The notes: generated by a model not told the origin, from the sequence alone. A DNA stretch of 64,000 nt from an uncultured Clostridia bacterium (GCA_944363505.1 CALVUD010000003.1:5783-69782); one strand, 5' to 3'. Counted from the stretch's first letter, positions 34,592-45,229 are shown. Translations and numbers: made by a program.

Positions 34592-36220
34592 CTATCGGAT
34601 CTTACCCGCTTTTTTCAAAAGCGTATACGCTTTGAAGCCGCCCGAAAGGTTATACGCGTCGAAACCCGCCTGTTTCAAAATCCTGACGCCGAGATACCCC
34701 CTGAGCCCCACCGCGCAGGAAACGATTATCTTCCTGTTTTTCGGGATCTTGTAAAGATTCGACCTGAGTTCGTCCAAAGGCACGTTGACGGAGCCGGGTA
34801 TCCTGCCCGAAGCAAGCTCCGACGGGTTTCTGACGTCAAGTACGAACGCGTCTTCCGTCAGCTCCTCGGGATATACCGTGGGACATAGGCCCGTAAGGAT
34901 GTTCTGCGCGATGAATCCGAGCATGTTCACGGGGCTTTTGGCGGAGTTGAACGGCGGCGCGTAACACAGCTCCAGCTCCGCAAGATCGTTCACCGTGCCG
35001 CCGAATTTCATCACCGCGGAAATGACGTCTATCTGCTTTTCGACGAACTCCTTTCCCGCGCCCTCTGCTCCCAGCACCTTTCCGTCGGGCGCGAACAAAA
35101 GCTTCAGCGCCATCTGCTTTGCTCCCGGATAATACCCCGCGTGAGACATCGGAAACGCATAAGCTTTCAGATACTTTACGCCCGCGGCTTTCAACTGCTT
35201 TTCGTTTTTGCCGACGCATGCCGCGGTCAGCGAAAACGCCTTTACAACAGACGCGCCGAAAACGCGCCTGCCGTTGGAGTCTTTCCCTCCCGCGATGTTG
35301 GTGGCGACGCTTCTCGCCTGTCTGTTCGCGGGTCCCGCAAGCGGCACGAGCGTCTCCGTGCCGTCGGCGCCTATTACCGCCACGGCGTCGCCCGCGGCGT
35401 ACACGTTTTCGTCCGAAGTCAGCATATAGTCGTCGGTCGCTATCCCGCCCGTCGGCGAGATCTTAAGTCCCGCCTTTTCGGCGAGCGCGCTCTCGGGCTT
35501 CACCCCCATAGCGAGCACGACCGCACCGAAACGCGCGCGGGAAGAATCGGTGAATTCCGCTTCGATTCCGTCATCAACGTTTTTGACGCTTTTTATGCCC
35601 ATGCCCGTCAGCACTTTTATACCGTTTGCCTCCAGCTCTTCCTGTACCATTATCGCGATTTCAGGGTCCAGAGGCGGCATTATTTGTTGCCCGAACTCCG
35701 CAAGCGTAACTTTTATTCCGCGCTTTGCAAGGTTTTCGGCGGTCTCCGTTCCGATAAATCCTCCGCCCGCGACCAGCACTTCGGTTACCTCCTTCGACGC
35801 GATATAAGCGTCTATCGAAAGCGTGTCGGTTACGTCTTTCAGAGTGAACACGCCGTCTCCCGAGATTCCGAAGGTGTTGGCTTTCGCGCCGGGCGCCAGC
35901 ACCAGTTTGTCATAACTTTCGGCATATTCTCTGTCCGCGCTCCTTACGCTGATTTTCCGCGCTTTTAAGTCGATTGCCACGACCTCGGAGTTTACGCGGA
36001 CGTCGATATTGAAGCGCTTCTTCAAAAACGCGGGGGTGGCGACGGTAAGGTTTTCCTCCCCTTTTATCTCGCCGCCCAAATAATACGGCAGTCCGCAGTT
36101 CGCGTATGAAACGTGTTTGCCGCGTTCGAAAATGATTATGTCCGCGCTTTCGTCAAGTCTTCTGAGCCTTGTCGCGGCGCCCGCGCCTCCGGCGACTCCT
36201 CCTACAATCAGAACTTTCAT
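34592..36220 (-). CDS. CoA-disulfide reductase / NADH oxidase-type flavoprotein with a C-terminal rhodanese domain
   Basis: GGVAGGAGAA FAD motif, redox Cys in SYANCGLPY, and rhodanese CAVGLRG at the C-terminus. Confidence 0.8.
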   Translation of the reverse strand: MKVLIVGGVAGGAGAATRLRRLDESADIIIFERGKHVSYANCGLPYYLGGEIKGEENLTVATPAFLKKRFNIDVRVNSEVVAIDLKARKISVRSADREYAESYDKLVLAPGAKANTFGISGDGVFTLKDVTDTLSIDAYIASKEVTEVLVAGGGFIGTETAENLAKRGIKVTLAEFGQQIMPPLDPEIAIMVQEELEANGIKVLTGMGIKSVKNVDDGIEAEFTDSSRARFGAVVLAMGVKPESALAEKAGLKISPTGGIATDDYMLTSDENVYAAGDAVAVIGADGTETLVPLAGPANRQARSVATNIAGGKDSNGRRVFGASVVKAFSLTAACVGKNEKQLKAAGVKYLKAYAFPMSHAGYYPGAKQMALKLLFAPDGKVLGAEGAGKEFVEKQIDVISAVMKFGGTVNDLAELELCYAPPFNSAKSPVNMLGFIAQNILTGLCPTVYPEELTEDAFVLDVRNPSELASGRIPGSVNVPLDELRSNLYKIPKNRKIIVSCAVGLRGYLGVRILKQAGFDAYNLSGGFKAYTLLKKAGKIR

Positions 36221-36379
36221 TTCTCACCTCGTTAAATCGGTTTATATTCGGATTATATACCCGTTTTTTCCGCGGGTCAATAGTCCGTCGCCGACGTATG
36301 CCGTTGCGGCAGACGATTTTTATAAGTTAAAGTTGATTTTTCGGCGTTAATAAAGTATAATTATAAAAAAGGAGGACGT

Positions 36380-37651
36380 ATGAAAAATCCCGAAAAAGTA
36401 TTTTCCAGAGCGACAGGCAACGCCGAAAACTACAGGATCCCCTCTCTCGTGGCTACCGCGGACGACACGCTGATCGCGGTCGCGGACGAGAGATTTTTTA
36501 CGGGCGCGGATAACCCTAACCGCATAGACAAGGTGGTCAGAATTTCGACAGACGGCGGCGAGACCTGGTCGGAGCAGGTAACCGCGGTCAAAATGACCGG
36601 CAAGGACAAGCGCCATTCTTCCGCCGCGATAGACCCCGCCACGCTTTACGATCCCGCTACCGACACGGTATTCATGCTGTATTCCATGACCCCCGCGGGT
36701 ATAGGAATACTCAACTGCAAAAAGGGTACCGGATACGCCGACGGCGGCATCGTCGTCAAAAAAGGCGCGAAAAGCTATGTATGGAAGAACGGCGAACTGT
36801 ATTCCGGTTCCGAACCCGTCGGAATAAAAGTGGATAAGGACGGCAATTTCGAGGGCGGCAACGTGCTGACCGGGGAAGGCGGATACATGCTGTACAAGAC
36901 TTCCTATCTGATGCTGACGAAATCGACCGACCACGGCAAGACCTGGTCGGAACCCGTGGCGCTGAACCCCTCCGTCAAGGACGAAGCCTGGCACTTCATA
37001 GGCTCCGGTCCCGCAAACGGGATATGCCTGAAAAACGGAAAATACGCGGGACGTCTGGTATTCCCGATATATTACGGACTCGGCAAACTGCCGATGAAGC
37101 TGACCGCGGCGGTCATCTATTCCGACGACGGCGGCAATACCTGGAAAGCGGGCGCCACTCCCCCGATAAAGGGAAGATACATCGGCAAGAAAAACCCGCT
37201 TATCTTCCCGATGCGCACCTATCTGACCGAGTCGCAGGCGGTAGAACTGGACAACGGCGACCTGCTGCTGTTCATCCGCAACCACCACCCCGTCCGCAGG
37301 ATAATGATCGCGCGTTCGACAGACGGAGGCGAGACCTGGTCGGAACCCGTGTTGAACGACGACCTGCCCCAGTGCGTATGCCAGATCACCGCTTTAAAGG
37401 TCAACTATAACGGAAAGAGCGCCATACTGACGGTCAACGCGGGCGACACTGCAAAACGCAGACTGGGTATCGCACGCCTCAGCGAGGACGAAGGCAAGAC
37501 GTTCAAAAAGAGCCTGGTCATCACCGAGGGCGAATTCGTATATTCCTCGGCGGCTCAGCTTTCGGACGGCTCGGTCGCGCTCCTTTACGAGGACTGCACC
37601 CGGCACACAGACATCAAATTCACGAAGTTTGACCTGGACGAACTGAAATAA
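36380..37651 (+). CDS. GH33 exo-alpha-sialidase with no obvious signal peptide
   Basis: YRIPSL motif plus Asp-boxes STDGGETWS (two copies), STDHGKTWS and SDDGGNTWK. Confidence 0.85.
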   Translation: MKNPEKVFSRATGNAENYRIPSLVATADDTLIAVADERFFTGADNPNRIDKVVRISTDGGETWSEQVTAVKMTGKDKRHSSAAIDPATLYDPATDTVFMLYSMTPAGIGILNCKKGTGYADGGIVVKKGAKSYVWKNGELYSGSEPVGIKVDKDGNFEGGNVLTGEGGYMLYKTSYLMLTKSTDHGKTWSEPVALNPSVKDEAWHFIGSGPANGICLKNGKYAGRLVFPIYYGLGKLPMKLTAAVIYSDDGGNTWKAGATPPIKGRYIGKKNPLIFPMRTYLTESQAVELDNGDLLLFIRNHHPVRRIMIARSTDGGETWSEPVLNDDLPQCVCQITALKVNYNGKSAILTVNAGDTAKRRLGIARLSEDEGKTFKKSLVITEGEFVYSSAAQLSDGSVALLYEDCTRHTDIKFTKFDLDELK

Positions 37652-37673
37652 TTAAATTGCGTTAAAAACGATT

Positions 37674-37707
37674 AAGGCTCCCATTATCACTAGCGGGAGC
37701 CTTTTTT
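37674..37707. terminator. Hairpin terminator between convergent genes
   Basis: AAGGCTCCC-N11-GGGAGCCTT followed by TTTTT. Confidence 0.7.
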
Positions 37708-37723
37708 ATATTTTAATTTCGTT

Positions 37724-39724
37724 TCATGCTTCGCAAACGATAACGTTCACGCTGAAAGGCAATAGCGTATAAGAGTCGCTTGTAACGGCATCCGTTTCGG
37801 GGCGCACCCTTTCGACGGGCTTTCCCGAAAAGGATATCGTGTTTCTGTCCGTCGGTTCAGCCTTCAGGCGATACGCCGTCGCGTTTTTCAAAAGCCCGTC
37901 GGCCTCCATGACTTTTTCTTTGTTCGTCGTGTTGACCGCTTTCAGATACAGGCGTTTTCCGTCCGTGGTCAGCGAGACGTAGACGCCGTCGCCGTCCTCG
38001 AGCGTTACGGGGACGTACTCGTTCCCGACGTTTTCGGAGAAAAGCTTCTGAACGTAATAATTGGCGGTCCTCAGCGTGTACAGGCTGTTGAAATTTATAA
38101 GGTTGTGTTTCCACTGTTCGCCGCCCGTCCTGGAAAACAAAGGCGCGTAACTGGACAGCTTGACGACGTCGGCGTTCCTTTCAAGCCCGGTCATGAATAC
38201 CGCCTCCGCAAGCGCGGAGCGGAATTCGTTTGGCATGACGCGGCGGTTTTCGGGCGTGTTCGCGGCGTATTCCCCGAGGAATATAGGATACCTCGCGCGG
38301 TCGTAGTCGTCGTACAGCGCTTCGTTTTCGATGAGCCAGGCGGGTTTGCGGTAAAAATGGTCGTCGCAGTACACGTTTTCGTAGCGCTTTTCGTCGAACG
38401 GCCGACGCCTTTCTTCGTAAGAGGGATGTTTATAGCAATCGAAGCCTGCGCTCCATACCGCCTTTATATCGGGATATTCCCTGCGGACGGCGGTCAGTAT
38501 GTCAAAAAAGTTTTCGTTATACCTGTCCCCCCAGTTCTCGTTGCCTATGCCGAGGATCTTCAGGTTGAACGGCTCGGGGTGTCCCATGTCCGCCCTGAGT
38601 TTCGCCCATTCGTTTTCGTCGGGATCGCCGTTTGCGAACGCGACCAGATCGATAACGTTTTGTTTTCTCCTTTCGTATTCGGCGTCGCCGGGAGAAACCG
38701 ACTCGGAGCATCTACCCTGACACGCCAGTCCCGCGTTCAGTATCGGCATCGGCTCCGCCCCCAGATCCTCACAAAGCAGAAAGTATTCGTAGAAGCCTAT
38801 TTCGTTCGACTGCATGTAAACGCAGTCGCGTTGGGATTCCCCCCACAGATTGTATTGCGTCTTTCTGTCCTCGAGTCGTCCGACCGTAGCTTTCCAGTCG
38901 TAGGAATTGTTAAGGCAGTTGCCTTCCACCAGACACCCTCCGGGGAAACGGACGAAGCGCGGCTTCAGCTCCTTAAGCGCCTCGATCAGGTCTTTTCTGA
39001 ATCTGCCGTAGCGGTATTTCCCGCTTTCCCTGTTCCAGTACTCGGTCGAACCGAAAAAAAGTTCCGTTATGTTCAGGGTCCCTTTTCCCTTGAAGCGGAT
39101 GACCAAACGCCCTGTTCCCGTTTTTATCGCCTTTACGAAAGCCGTTGTCTTTTCCCAGTCTTTCGAAGCAAAGTTTATTTGGAAAGTCTCCGTCAACGGC
39201 TCTTTGTCGTCGGAGACGACCGCCGCCGTAACGCTTCCGTCAAAGTCGGTGTTTTTTATATACGCGCCGAATTCGTAGCTTTCGTTTTCCTTTACTCCCA
39301 CGGCGCCTCGGGAAGAATTTCTGCGGCGGTAGCGCCCGAAGGTTTCCAAGGAGTCGCCCCCGTTATATCCGAGGTTTTGAAGCGTAAATTCGCCGTCCAC
39401 GCATATTTTTAGGCTGTAGGGGTTATTGCGGCTTAATCCGTTTCCGTTTTCCGCAAAGTATTTGCCCTTCCCCGAAAAGCGCCACGAATGCAGCAGATCG
39501 TATCTTAATATACGGGTCATTTTGCGGCGCAGCGCGTGAAAAATGCGGTAGTAGTAATAATGGACGTCCCTTTTGAAGTCGTAACAGTACGCCGAAAAAT
39601 TCTTGTTGGCTATCTGGTTAAGGTTGACGCCGCCGTCCACGGAAAAGTTTATGTCCTCGAAAAAAATCCCGTACAGTTTGTCGGAAATGCTTTTTTTGTT
39701 GTCAAAGTCGGCTTTTATTTTCAT
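37724..39724 (-). CDS. GH51-type alpha-L-arabinofuranosidase
   Basis: 666 aa; FVRFPGGCLVEG and ILGIGNENWG motifs; adjacent to araA/araD. Confidence 0.75.
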   Translation of the reverse strand: MKIKADFDNKKSISDKLYGIFFEDINFSVDGGVNLNQIANKNFSAYCYDFKRDVHYYYYRIFHALRRKMTRILRYDLLHSWRFSGKGKYFAENGNGLSRNNPYSLKICVDGEFTLQNLGYNGGDSLETFGRYRRRNSSRGAVGVKENESYEFGAYIKNTDFDGSVTAAVVSDDKEPLTETFQINFASKDWEKTTAFVKAIKTGTGRLVIRFKGKGTLNITELFFGSTEYWNRESGKYRYGRFRKDLIEALKELKPRFVRFPGGCLVEGNCLNNSYDWKATVGRLEDRKTQYNLWGESQRDCVYMQSNEIGFYEYFLLCEDLGAEPMPILNAGLACQGRCSESVSPGDAEYERRKQNVIDLVAFANGDPDENEWAKLRADMGHPEPFNLKILGIGNENWGDRYNENFFDILTAVRREYPDIKAVWSAGFDCYKHPSYEERRRPFDEKRYENVYCDDHFYRKPAWLIENEALYDDYDRARYPIFLGEYAANTPENRRVMPNEFRSALAEAVFMTGLERNADVVKLSSYAPLFSRTGGEQWKHNLINFNSLYTLRTANYYVQKLFSENVGNEYVPVTLEDGDGVYVSLTTDGKRLYLKAVNTTNKEKVMEADGLLKNATAYRLKAEPTDRNTISFSGKPVERVRPETDAVTSDSYTLLPFSVNVIVCEA

Positions 39725-39727
39725 AAT

Positions 39728-41119
39728 TTACCCTATATGTTCGAACTGCGCTCCGTTTGCCAGGGCAAACGTTTCTATGTCCTCCGCGTCCAGCGCGGTG
39801 CTGACCACGGTGTGATGCGCTCCGCCGGCGTTCAGCCACGCCCTCACTCCGTCCTTGAAGTTGGGCTTGACTCTCCACATCAGCCTGCCGAGCGGGAGTT
39901 TGGGCATTTTCTCGGGTTGGGAAACGAGTTCTATTTCCGCCGTTATCAGCTTGAATCCGAGACCCGTATCGATTAAGGACGTTGCCGTGGCGGCGCCCTC
40001 GATCCCGTCGAATACCAGTCTCGCGGGCGCTTCCTTTCCGCCTATTCCCAACGGATGTACTTCGATTTTAGGCTTTGTCTTGGCGGCTTGAGGGTCGACC
40101 TCGAGCATATGGGAACCGAGTACCAGTTCTTCTCCCCTTTTAAGATCGTAGGTATAATCCTCCATGAATACCGAAACGCCCTTTCTTTTCTCGCCCATTT
40201 TCTTAAATACGGCGACGAGCGCCGCCGTCTTCCAGTCGCCCTCGGCGCCGAAACCGTATCCGGACGCACTGAGGCGCTGCACCGCAAGCCCCGGAAGCTG
40301 TTTTAAACCGTACAGATCCTGAAAATTGGTGGTAAACGCGCGGTATCCGCCGCGGTTTAAAAACCGCCTTAGCGCTATTTCGTATTTAGCCTGTTCTTTG
40401 ACAGCCTCCGCGTCGGAAGTGTTCAAAAGGTATTTATCGGTATATTCCGTAAACAACGCTTCTTTTTCGGCGTCCGTTACGGCGTTTATTTCTTCTGCGA
40501 GGTCGCCAACCGCGAAATAATCGGTCGTCCAGCCGAATTTTATGTTGGCTTCGACCTTGTCGCCTTCGGTAACCGCCACCTCGCGCATGTTGTCTCCGAA
40601 ACGCGCTATTTTCAACTGTTTCGAAAACGCCTCGGCAACCGTAAAATCAGCCCATTTATTGATTTTCTCCATGACATCCGGCTCTTTATAGTAACCTACA
40701 ACCGTTGTATGGTTTATTCTAAGCCTGTTGAGTATGTATCCGAATTCCCTGTCGCCGTGAGCGGACTGGTTGAGATTCATGAAATCCATGTCTATTTCGG
40801 CATACGGCAGCCTTTCGTTGAACTGCGTATGCAAATGCAGAAGCGGTTTCAACAGTATCTTAAGCGCGTTTATCCACATTTTGGCGGGTGAAAAGGTGTG
40901 GCACCATACCATTACACCCGCAATTTCGTCGTCGTAGTTTATTTCTTTTACGGCGTTCAATGCGTCGTTTTCCGTTTTGACGGTGCCTTTATAAACTATT
41001 TCCACCCTCGGAGCGTTGGCGTCGAGTTCGCCGCATATTATTTCGGAATCTTTCTCTACGGCTTTTAACGTTTCCTCTCCGTAAAGATATTGGCTTCCCG
41101 TCAGAAAAGCTATTTTCAT
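39728..41119 (-). CDS. araA: L-arabinose isomerase
   Basis: N-terminus FLTGSQYLYGEETL and the central region HTFSPAKMW...MNLNQSAHGDREFG. Confidence 0.9.
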   Translation of the reverse strand: MKIAFLTGSQYLYGEETLKAVEKDSEIICGELDANAPRVEIVYKGTVKTENDALNAVKEINYDDEIAGVMVWCHTFSPAKMWINALKILLKPLLHLHTQFNERLPYAEIDMDFMNLNQSAHGDREFGYILNRLRINHTTVVGYYKEPDVMEKINKWADFTVAEAFSKQLKIARFGDNMREVAVTEGDKVEANIKFGWTTDYFAVGDLAEEINAVTDAEKEALFTEYTDKYLLNTSDAEAVKEQAKYEIALRRFLNRGGYRAFTTNFQDLYGLKQLPGLAVQRLSASGYGFGAEGDWKTAALVAVFKKMGEKRKGVSVFMEDYTYDLKRGEELVLGSHMLEVDPQAAKTKPKIEVHPLGIGGKEAPARLVFDGIEGAATATSLIDTGLGFKLITAEIELVSQPEKMPKLPLGRLMWRVKPNFKDGVRAWLNAGGAHHTVVSTALDAEDIETFALANGAQFEHIG

Positions 41120-41123
41120 TAAC

Positions 41124-41831
41124 TTACTTCTCCTTTTTTTGTCCGTAATAGGCGTTTGAACCGTGCTTTCTGAAATAATGCTTGTCCGCGATATGTTTTT
41201 CTATCTCCGGAGAATGTCCGAGTATCTCCCTCGTTATGAACGCGGTTTTGCATACCTCTTCCAGGACCGCCGCGTTCTCGGCGGCCCTTATAGCGTCTTT
41301 TCCCCAGGTAAAAGGAGCATGGCCCTTTAACAAAACCGCGGGAGTGGCTTCGTAATCCCTGTTTTCTTTTTCGAAAGTTTCGGCTATGACCGCGCCGCTC
41401 ATCCGCTCGTAATCTTTTGTATCCTTTTCCGTCAGCGCCTCGGTAACGGGTACCGGTCCGTAAAAATAGTCGGCGTGCGTCGTCCCGGAACATACGACCT
41501 CTCTGCCCGCCTGCGCCCACGCCGTTGCGAAAGTGGAATGAGTATGAACGACCCCTCCTATTTTAGGAAATCTTTTATAAAGCTCCAGATGCGTTTTAAG
41601 GTCGCTGGAAGGTTTCAGTTTGCCTTCCACAGTATTTCCTTCAAGATCGGTTACGACAATGTCTTCAACGCTCATTTCGTCGTAAGAAACACCGCTCGGT
41701 TTTATTGCCACGACGCCTTTTTCGCGGTCTATCTCGCTCGCGTTTCCCCAAGTAAAGATAACCAAACCGTACGATACGAGAGCCTTATTTGCCTTTAATA
41801 CATTTTCTTTTAATTTGTCGAAATTTCCCAT
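41124..41831 (-). CDS. araD: L-ribulose-5-phosphate 4-epimerase
   Basis: WGNASEIDREKGVVAIKPSGV and VHTHSTFATAWAQ motifs. Confidence 0.9.
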   Translation of the reverse strand: MGNFDKLKENVLKANKALVSYGLVIFTWGNASEIDREKGVVAIKPSGVSYDEMSVEDIVVTDLEGNTVEGKLKPSSDLKTHLELYKRFPKIGGVVHTHSTFATAWAQAGREVVCSGTTHADYFYGPVPVTEALTEKDTKDYERMSGAVIAETFEKENRDYEATPAVLLKGHAPFTWGKDAIRAAENAAVLEEVCKTAFITREILGHSPEIEKHIADKHYFRKHGSNAYYGQKKEK

Positions 41832-41832
41832 A

Positions 41833-42639
41833 TCAAAATCCGTGATTGTCGGGGTCGCGATACAGTCTCTTGTTCGTTTCGAGCTTTTTTATCTCCTCTA
41901 CGTCCGATGCCGTCAACGAAAAATCGAATATGTCTATATTTTCTTTTATCCTTTCGGCGTGGGTGGATTTCGGAACTGCCGAAACGTTGTTTTGTATATC
42001 GTATCTCAGGATTATCTGAGCCGCGCTCTTTTGATATTTCAAAGCTATTTTCTTTATCGTTTCGTCATTTAAAGCAGCTCCCCTTGCAAGCGGACTCCAT
42101 GCTTCGCAGACGATACCTTTCTTCCGGCAGTATTCGACCGTTTCCGTATTCTGAAAATACGGGTGTATCTCCAACTGATTCCACTCGGGATAAAACTCGG
42201 CTTCTTTTTCCAATTCTTCGATATGATGTATCTTGAAATTAGACAGACCTATGCCCTTTACCACGCCGTCCTTTTTCATTCTCTCCATACCGCGCCATAC
42301 TTCGTTTTTGTATTCCGTCGGCCAATGTATCAGCAGCATGTCTATATAATCCGTTTTAAGCCTCTCCAAAGAGCCGTAAACGGACTTTCTGACGTCCTCG
42401 GGCGTTTTGACGTCCGTCCACAGTTTCGTCGTTATAAACAGATCCTCGCGCTTTACGCCGCTTTTATTTATTGCGCGCCCTATTCCTTCTTCGTTTGCGT
42501 ACATTACGGCGGTATCTATCCTTTTATACCCCGTTTCCAAAGCCGTTTCTACCGCTTTTTCCACTTCTCCGTTACCTATTTTGTAGGTGCCGAAACCTAT
42601 CATATCCACTTTTTTGCCTTTTAAATCCGCGTATTCCAT
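41833..42639 (-). CDS. Aldo/keto reductase
   Basis: GFGTYKI, IDTAVMYANEE, LFITTKLW and LLIHWP motifs. Confidence 0.85.
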   Translation of the reverse strand: MEYADLKGKKVDMIGFGTYKIGNGEVEKAVETALETGYKRIDTAVMYANEEGIGRAINKSGVKREDLFITTKLWTDVKTPEDVRKSVYGSLERLKTDYIDMLLIHWPTEYKNEVWRGMERMKKDGVVKGIGLSNFKIHHIEELEKEAEFYPEWNQLEIHPYFQNTETVEYCRKKGIVCEAWSPLARGAALNDETIKKIALKYQKSAAQIILRYDIQNNVSAVPKSTHAERIKENIDIFDFSLTASDVEEIKKLETNKRLYRDPDNHGF

Positions 42640-42764
42640 ATCTTTTATTTTAATCTAACGCTATCAAATATGTCAATATCGCTTTTTTTCAAAAACTTAC
42701 TTTTTTCTTCTATTTATTCCGTTTGTTTTTACTTTAAAAAACTCTTCTCAAAACAATGTTGTCA

Positions 42765-42805
42765 TGTTGATATCTTTTCAACGTCGTTTACATTTTTTAT
42801 CAACA
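42765..42805. promoter_or_regulatory. DnaA-box-like pair downstream of dnaA (TGTTGATAT / TTATCAACA) in an AT-rich 330-bp spacer
   Basis: 9-mers at 42765-42773 (reverse orientation) and 42797-42805, each one mismatch from TTATCCACA. Confidence 0.45.
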
Positions 42806-42967
42806 GTAATTATGCTTCATTTTTTGTTTTTTATTTATAAAACAATCGTTTTTATATATGAAAAACAACTTATAAACATATCTCTTTTCCTTATTATTAT
42901 AATTATTCCTTATTTAAAAAAAGAGAAGTAAATAAGCTTACTTCCCTTTTTCGTATCGTTTTAAAGT

Positions 42968-44341
42968 TTAATTCAACATGCTTTTTATGTCTTTTATGGC
43001 GCGTATGGTATCGGGATCGTCTTTTGCCAAAGACGCTATCTTGTCACGAGAATGGATGATCGTCGAATAATCGCGTCCGCCGAACATCTGCCCTATCGTC
43101 ACCAAAGGAAGCGAAAGCATTTCGGTTATGATGTAAATGGCTATCATTCTGGCTTCGGCAATGTCTTTCGTGCGCTTTTTGCTGATGATATCCGACTGAG
43201 ATATATTGAAATAACTGCATGTTGCCTGGATTATGTCCGACGAGTCCACGCCGTGTTTTTTCTGTACCGTGTTTTTAAGAGCTTCCTTTGCCGTGTCTAT
43301 GTCGGGATAAGGCAGACCTTTCAACTTTGCATAGAATATGACCTTTGCAAGACTTCCTTCCAGTTCGCGGATGTTGGAATCTATTCTTTCGGCAAGATAA
43401 TATACGACGTCGTCGTTGACGGCAATCTTTTCAAGAATCATCTTTTTACGGATTATGGCTATCCGCATTTCCAGATTCGGGGCACCGATATCCGCAATTA
43501 AGCCGCCTTCGAATCTGGAGCGCAGACGGTCTTCGAGAGTTGAGATCTCCGACGGAGGTCTGTCCGACGTCAGTACTATCTGTTTTCCGTTCTGATAAAG
43601 GTCGTTGAAAATATGGAAAACAACTTCCTGCAGTCCGGTACGCTTTTGCAAGAACTGTACGTCGTCCAGCATCAGCATGTCCACCGTGCGATACTTTTCT
43701 CGGAATGCATGCAGATTGAAAACTCCCTTTTCGTTGCGGTTATTGGAAATTGCCTCTACATAGTCGTTAGTCAGCTTTTCCGTGGGAGTATAAAGGACTT
43801 TCAGATGAGGCATGTGCTCGTTGACGTAGTTTCCTATTGAATGAAGAAGGTGCGTCTTTCCGAGTCCTACGCCGCCGTATAAAAACAAAGGATTGAACGA
43901 TAGATATGTGTTTTCGGCTACTCCTGGTGATTTTGCTACGGACTGAGCGGCGTGAAAAGCCAGTTTGTTTGATTCACCGACGACAAAGTTATCGAAAGTG
44001 TATCTGGAAATAAACTGGGATTCCTTTTCGTTATAATTGACGGTGTTGTCGGTATATTCTTCGATTTCTTTGTAATAGAAATCCTTTTCTTCGTCCACTA
44101 TAATTCTTACGTCGGTAAAAATGCTGCCTATAGACTCCAGAGCGCTCTGAATGGCGCTTTTGTAAGAACGATTAACGACGTGTTTGTTGTTAACCGAAGG
44201 TGCAAGCAATATCAAAGTATTGTCCTTTACGCAAAGAGGAGTCAAAGAAGCGATCCAAACAGAATAAGATATGGCGTTCACACCCTCTATTCCGACTATT
44301 TTTTGGCAAGCATCCTGCCAGATTCTCTTGATGTCGATCAT
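42968..44341 (-). CDS. dnaA: Chromosomal replication initiator DnaA
   Basis: LFLYGGVGLGKTHLL, LLDDVQFL, SNIRELEG, and the C-terminal DNA-binding region YSTIIHSRDKI. I chose the start MIDIKRIWQ at 44341. Confidence 0.9.
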   Translation of the reverse strand: MIDIKRIWQDACQKIVGIEGVNAISYSVWIASLTPLCVKDNTLILLAPSVNNKHVVNRSYKSAIQSALESIGSIFTDVRIIVDEEKDFYYKEIEEYTDNTVNYNEKESQFISRYTFDNFVVGESNKLAFHAAQSVAKSPGVAENTYLSFNPLFLYGGVGLGKTHLLHSIGNYVNEHMPHLKVLYTPTEKLTNDYVEAISNNRNEKGVFNLHAFREKYRTVDMLMLDDVQFLQKRTGLQEVVFHIFNDLYQNGKQIVLTSDRPPSEISTLEDRLRSRFEGGLIADIGAPNLEMRIAIIRKKMILEKIAVNDDVVYYLAERIDSNIRELEGSLAKVIFYAKLKGLPYPDIDTAKEALKNTVQKKHGVDSSDIIQATCSYFNISQSDIISKKRTKDIAEARMIAIYIITEMLSLPLVTIGQMFGGRDYSTIIHSRDKIASLAKDDPDTIRAIKDIKSMLN

Positions 44342-44733
44342 AAAGCGATTATAACACATACCGAAAAAGTTTTCAACAATAGCTAAATCTAAATAAATAT
44401 ATTTAAAAATAAAGTTATTTAAGCGAAAAGGCAAGCCGAACAAAAGCAGGCGATTTTAAATTCTAAATTCGGTAATGGAATAAGGGTAATATGCCGGCAT
44501 AAAAAAAAGACAGTCATCCGATAATTAGTTGACGAAATTAAAATAAATCGGGAGGCGAAGAATTTTCGGAAAGAAAATCAATTAACTAATATAGAATAAA
44601 CCGAAAATGAATTAAATTAAAAATTAAAAAACATAAAAACAAAACCGTCGGAGGAAATCATTTGAAAAAGGAAATCATATAAAACGCTTTTAAAAGAGAA
44701 TAATATTCTCTTTTAAATGACAAAACAAATCAT

Positions 44734-44777
44734 ATATCAACATTTTAAAGCGTACTTATCAACAATTATATTGATAA
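44734..44777. promoter_or_regulatory. DnaA-box-like cluster upstream of dnaA (putative oriC/dnaA promoter region)
   Basis: ATATCAACA at 44734-44742, TTATCAACA at 44756-44764, and an inverted TTGATAA at 44771-44777, inside a very AT-rich kb. Confidence 0.45.
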
Positions 44778-45213
44778 CTCGCCGTTTAAACGATCCGTTT
44801 AAGTTATCAGAAAGCTAATTAAAAAGTACATATTAAAAAATAATTATAATGCAGAGCATAATTGTACAATATTTATTAGATTAAAAAATGCGTCTTTAGT
44901 CTTTATGATTATCCCATCCCCTCTTTGAAATAAAATACACTCGGCTTAAAAACGTTTATAAAATAATCGGAAAAAATATAGATACATTATTTAGTATAGA
45001 GTTATATTAACTGAATAAATCAACACAATCGTATCGGCAAAATATTATATAATACAAAATCATTTGTTGAGTTAAAATCGAATTAGAAAAAAATAAAATT
45101 GTATATAAATAACAATATATTAAAAAATTAAAGCGGAATAATGATATAATACTCTAAAATATTTAAAAAACGGACCGAAATGACGAACCATTATAGATTT
45201 ATAAACGAACGAT

Positions 45214-45229
45214 TGTTTCACGTTAAACA
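45214..45229. other. parS-like site 1: TGTTTCACGTTAAACA
   Basis: One mismatch to the Firmicutes parS consensus TGTTNCACGTGAAACA. Confidence 0.55.

Noticed and set aside
36347-37288. 313-aa minus-strand ORF opposite the sialidase gene
   Set aside because: This is an antisense artefact. The plus-strand frame carries the RIP motif and several Asp-boxes.
38105-39412. 435-aa plus-strand ORF opposite the GH51 gene
   Set aside because: This is an antisense artefact with Arg/Val/Phe-rich low-information sequence. The minus-strand frame has the GH51 motifs.
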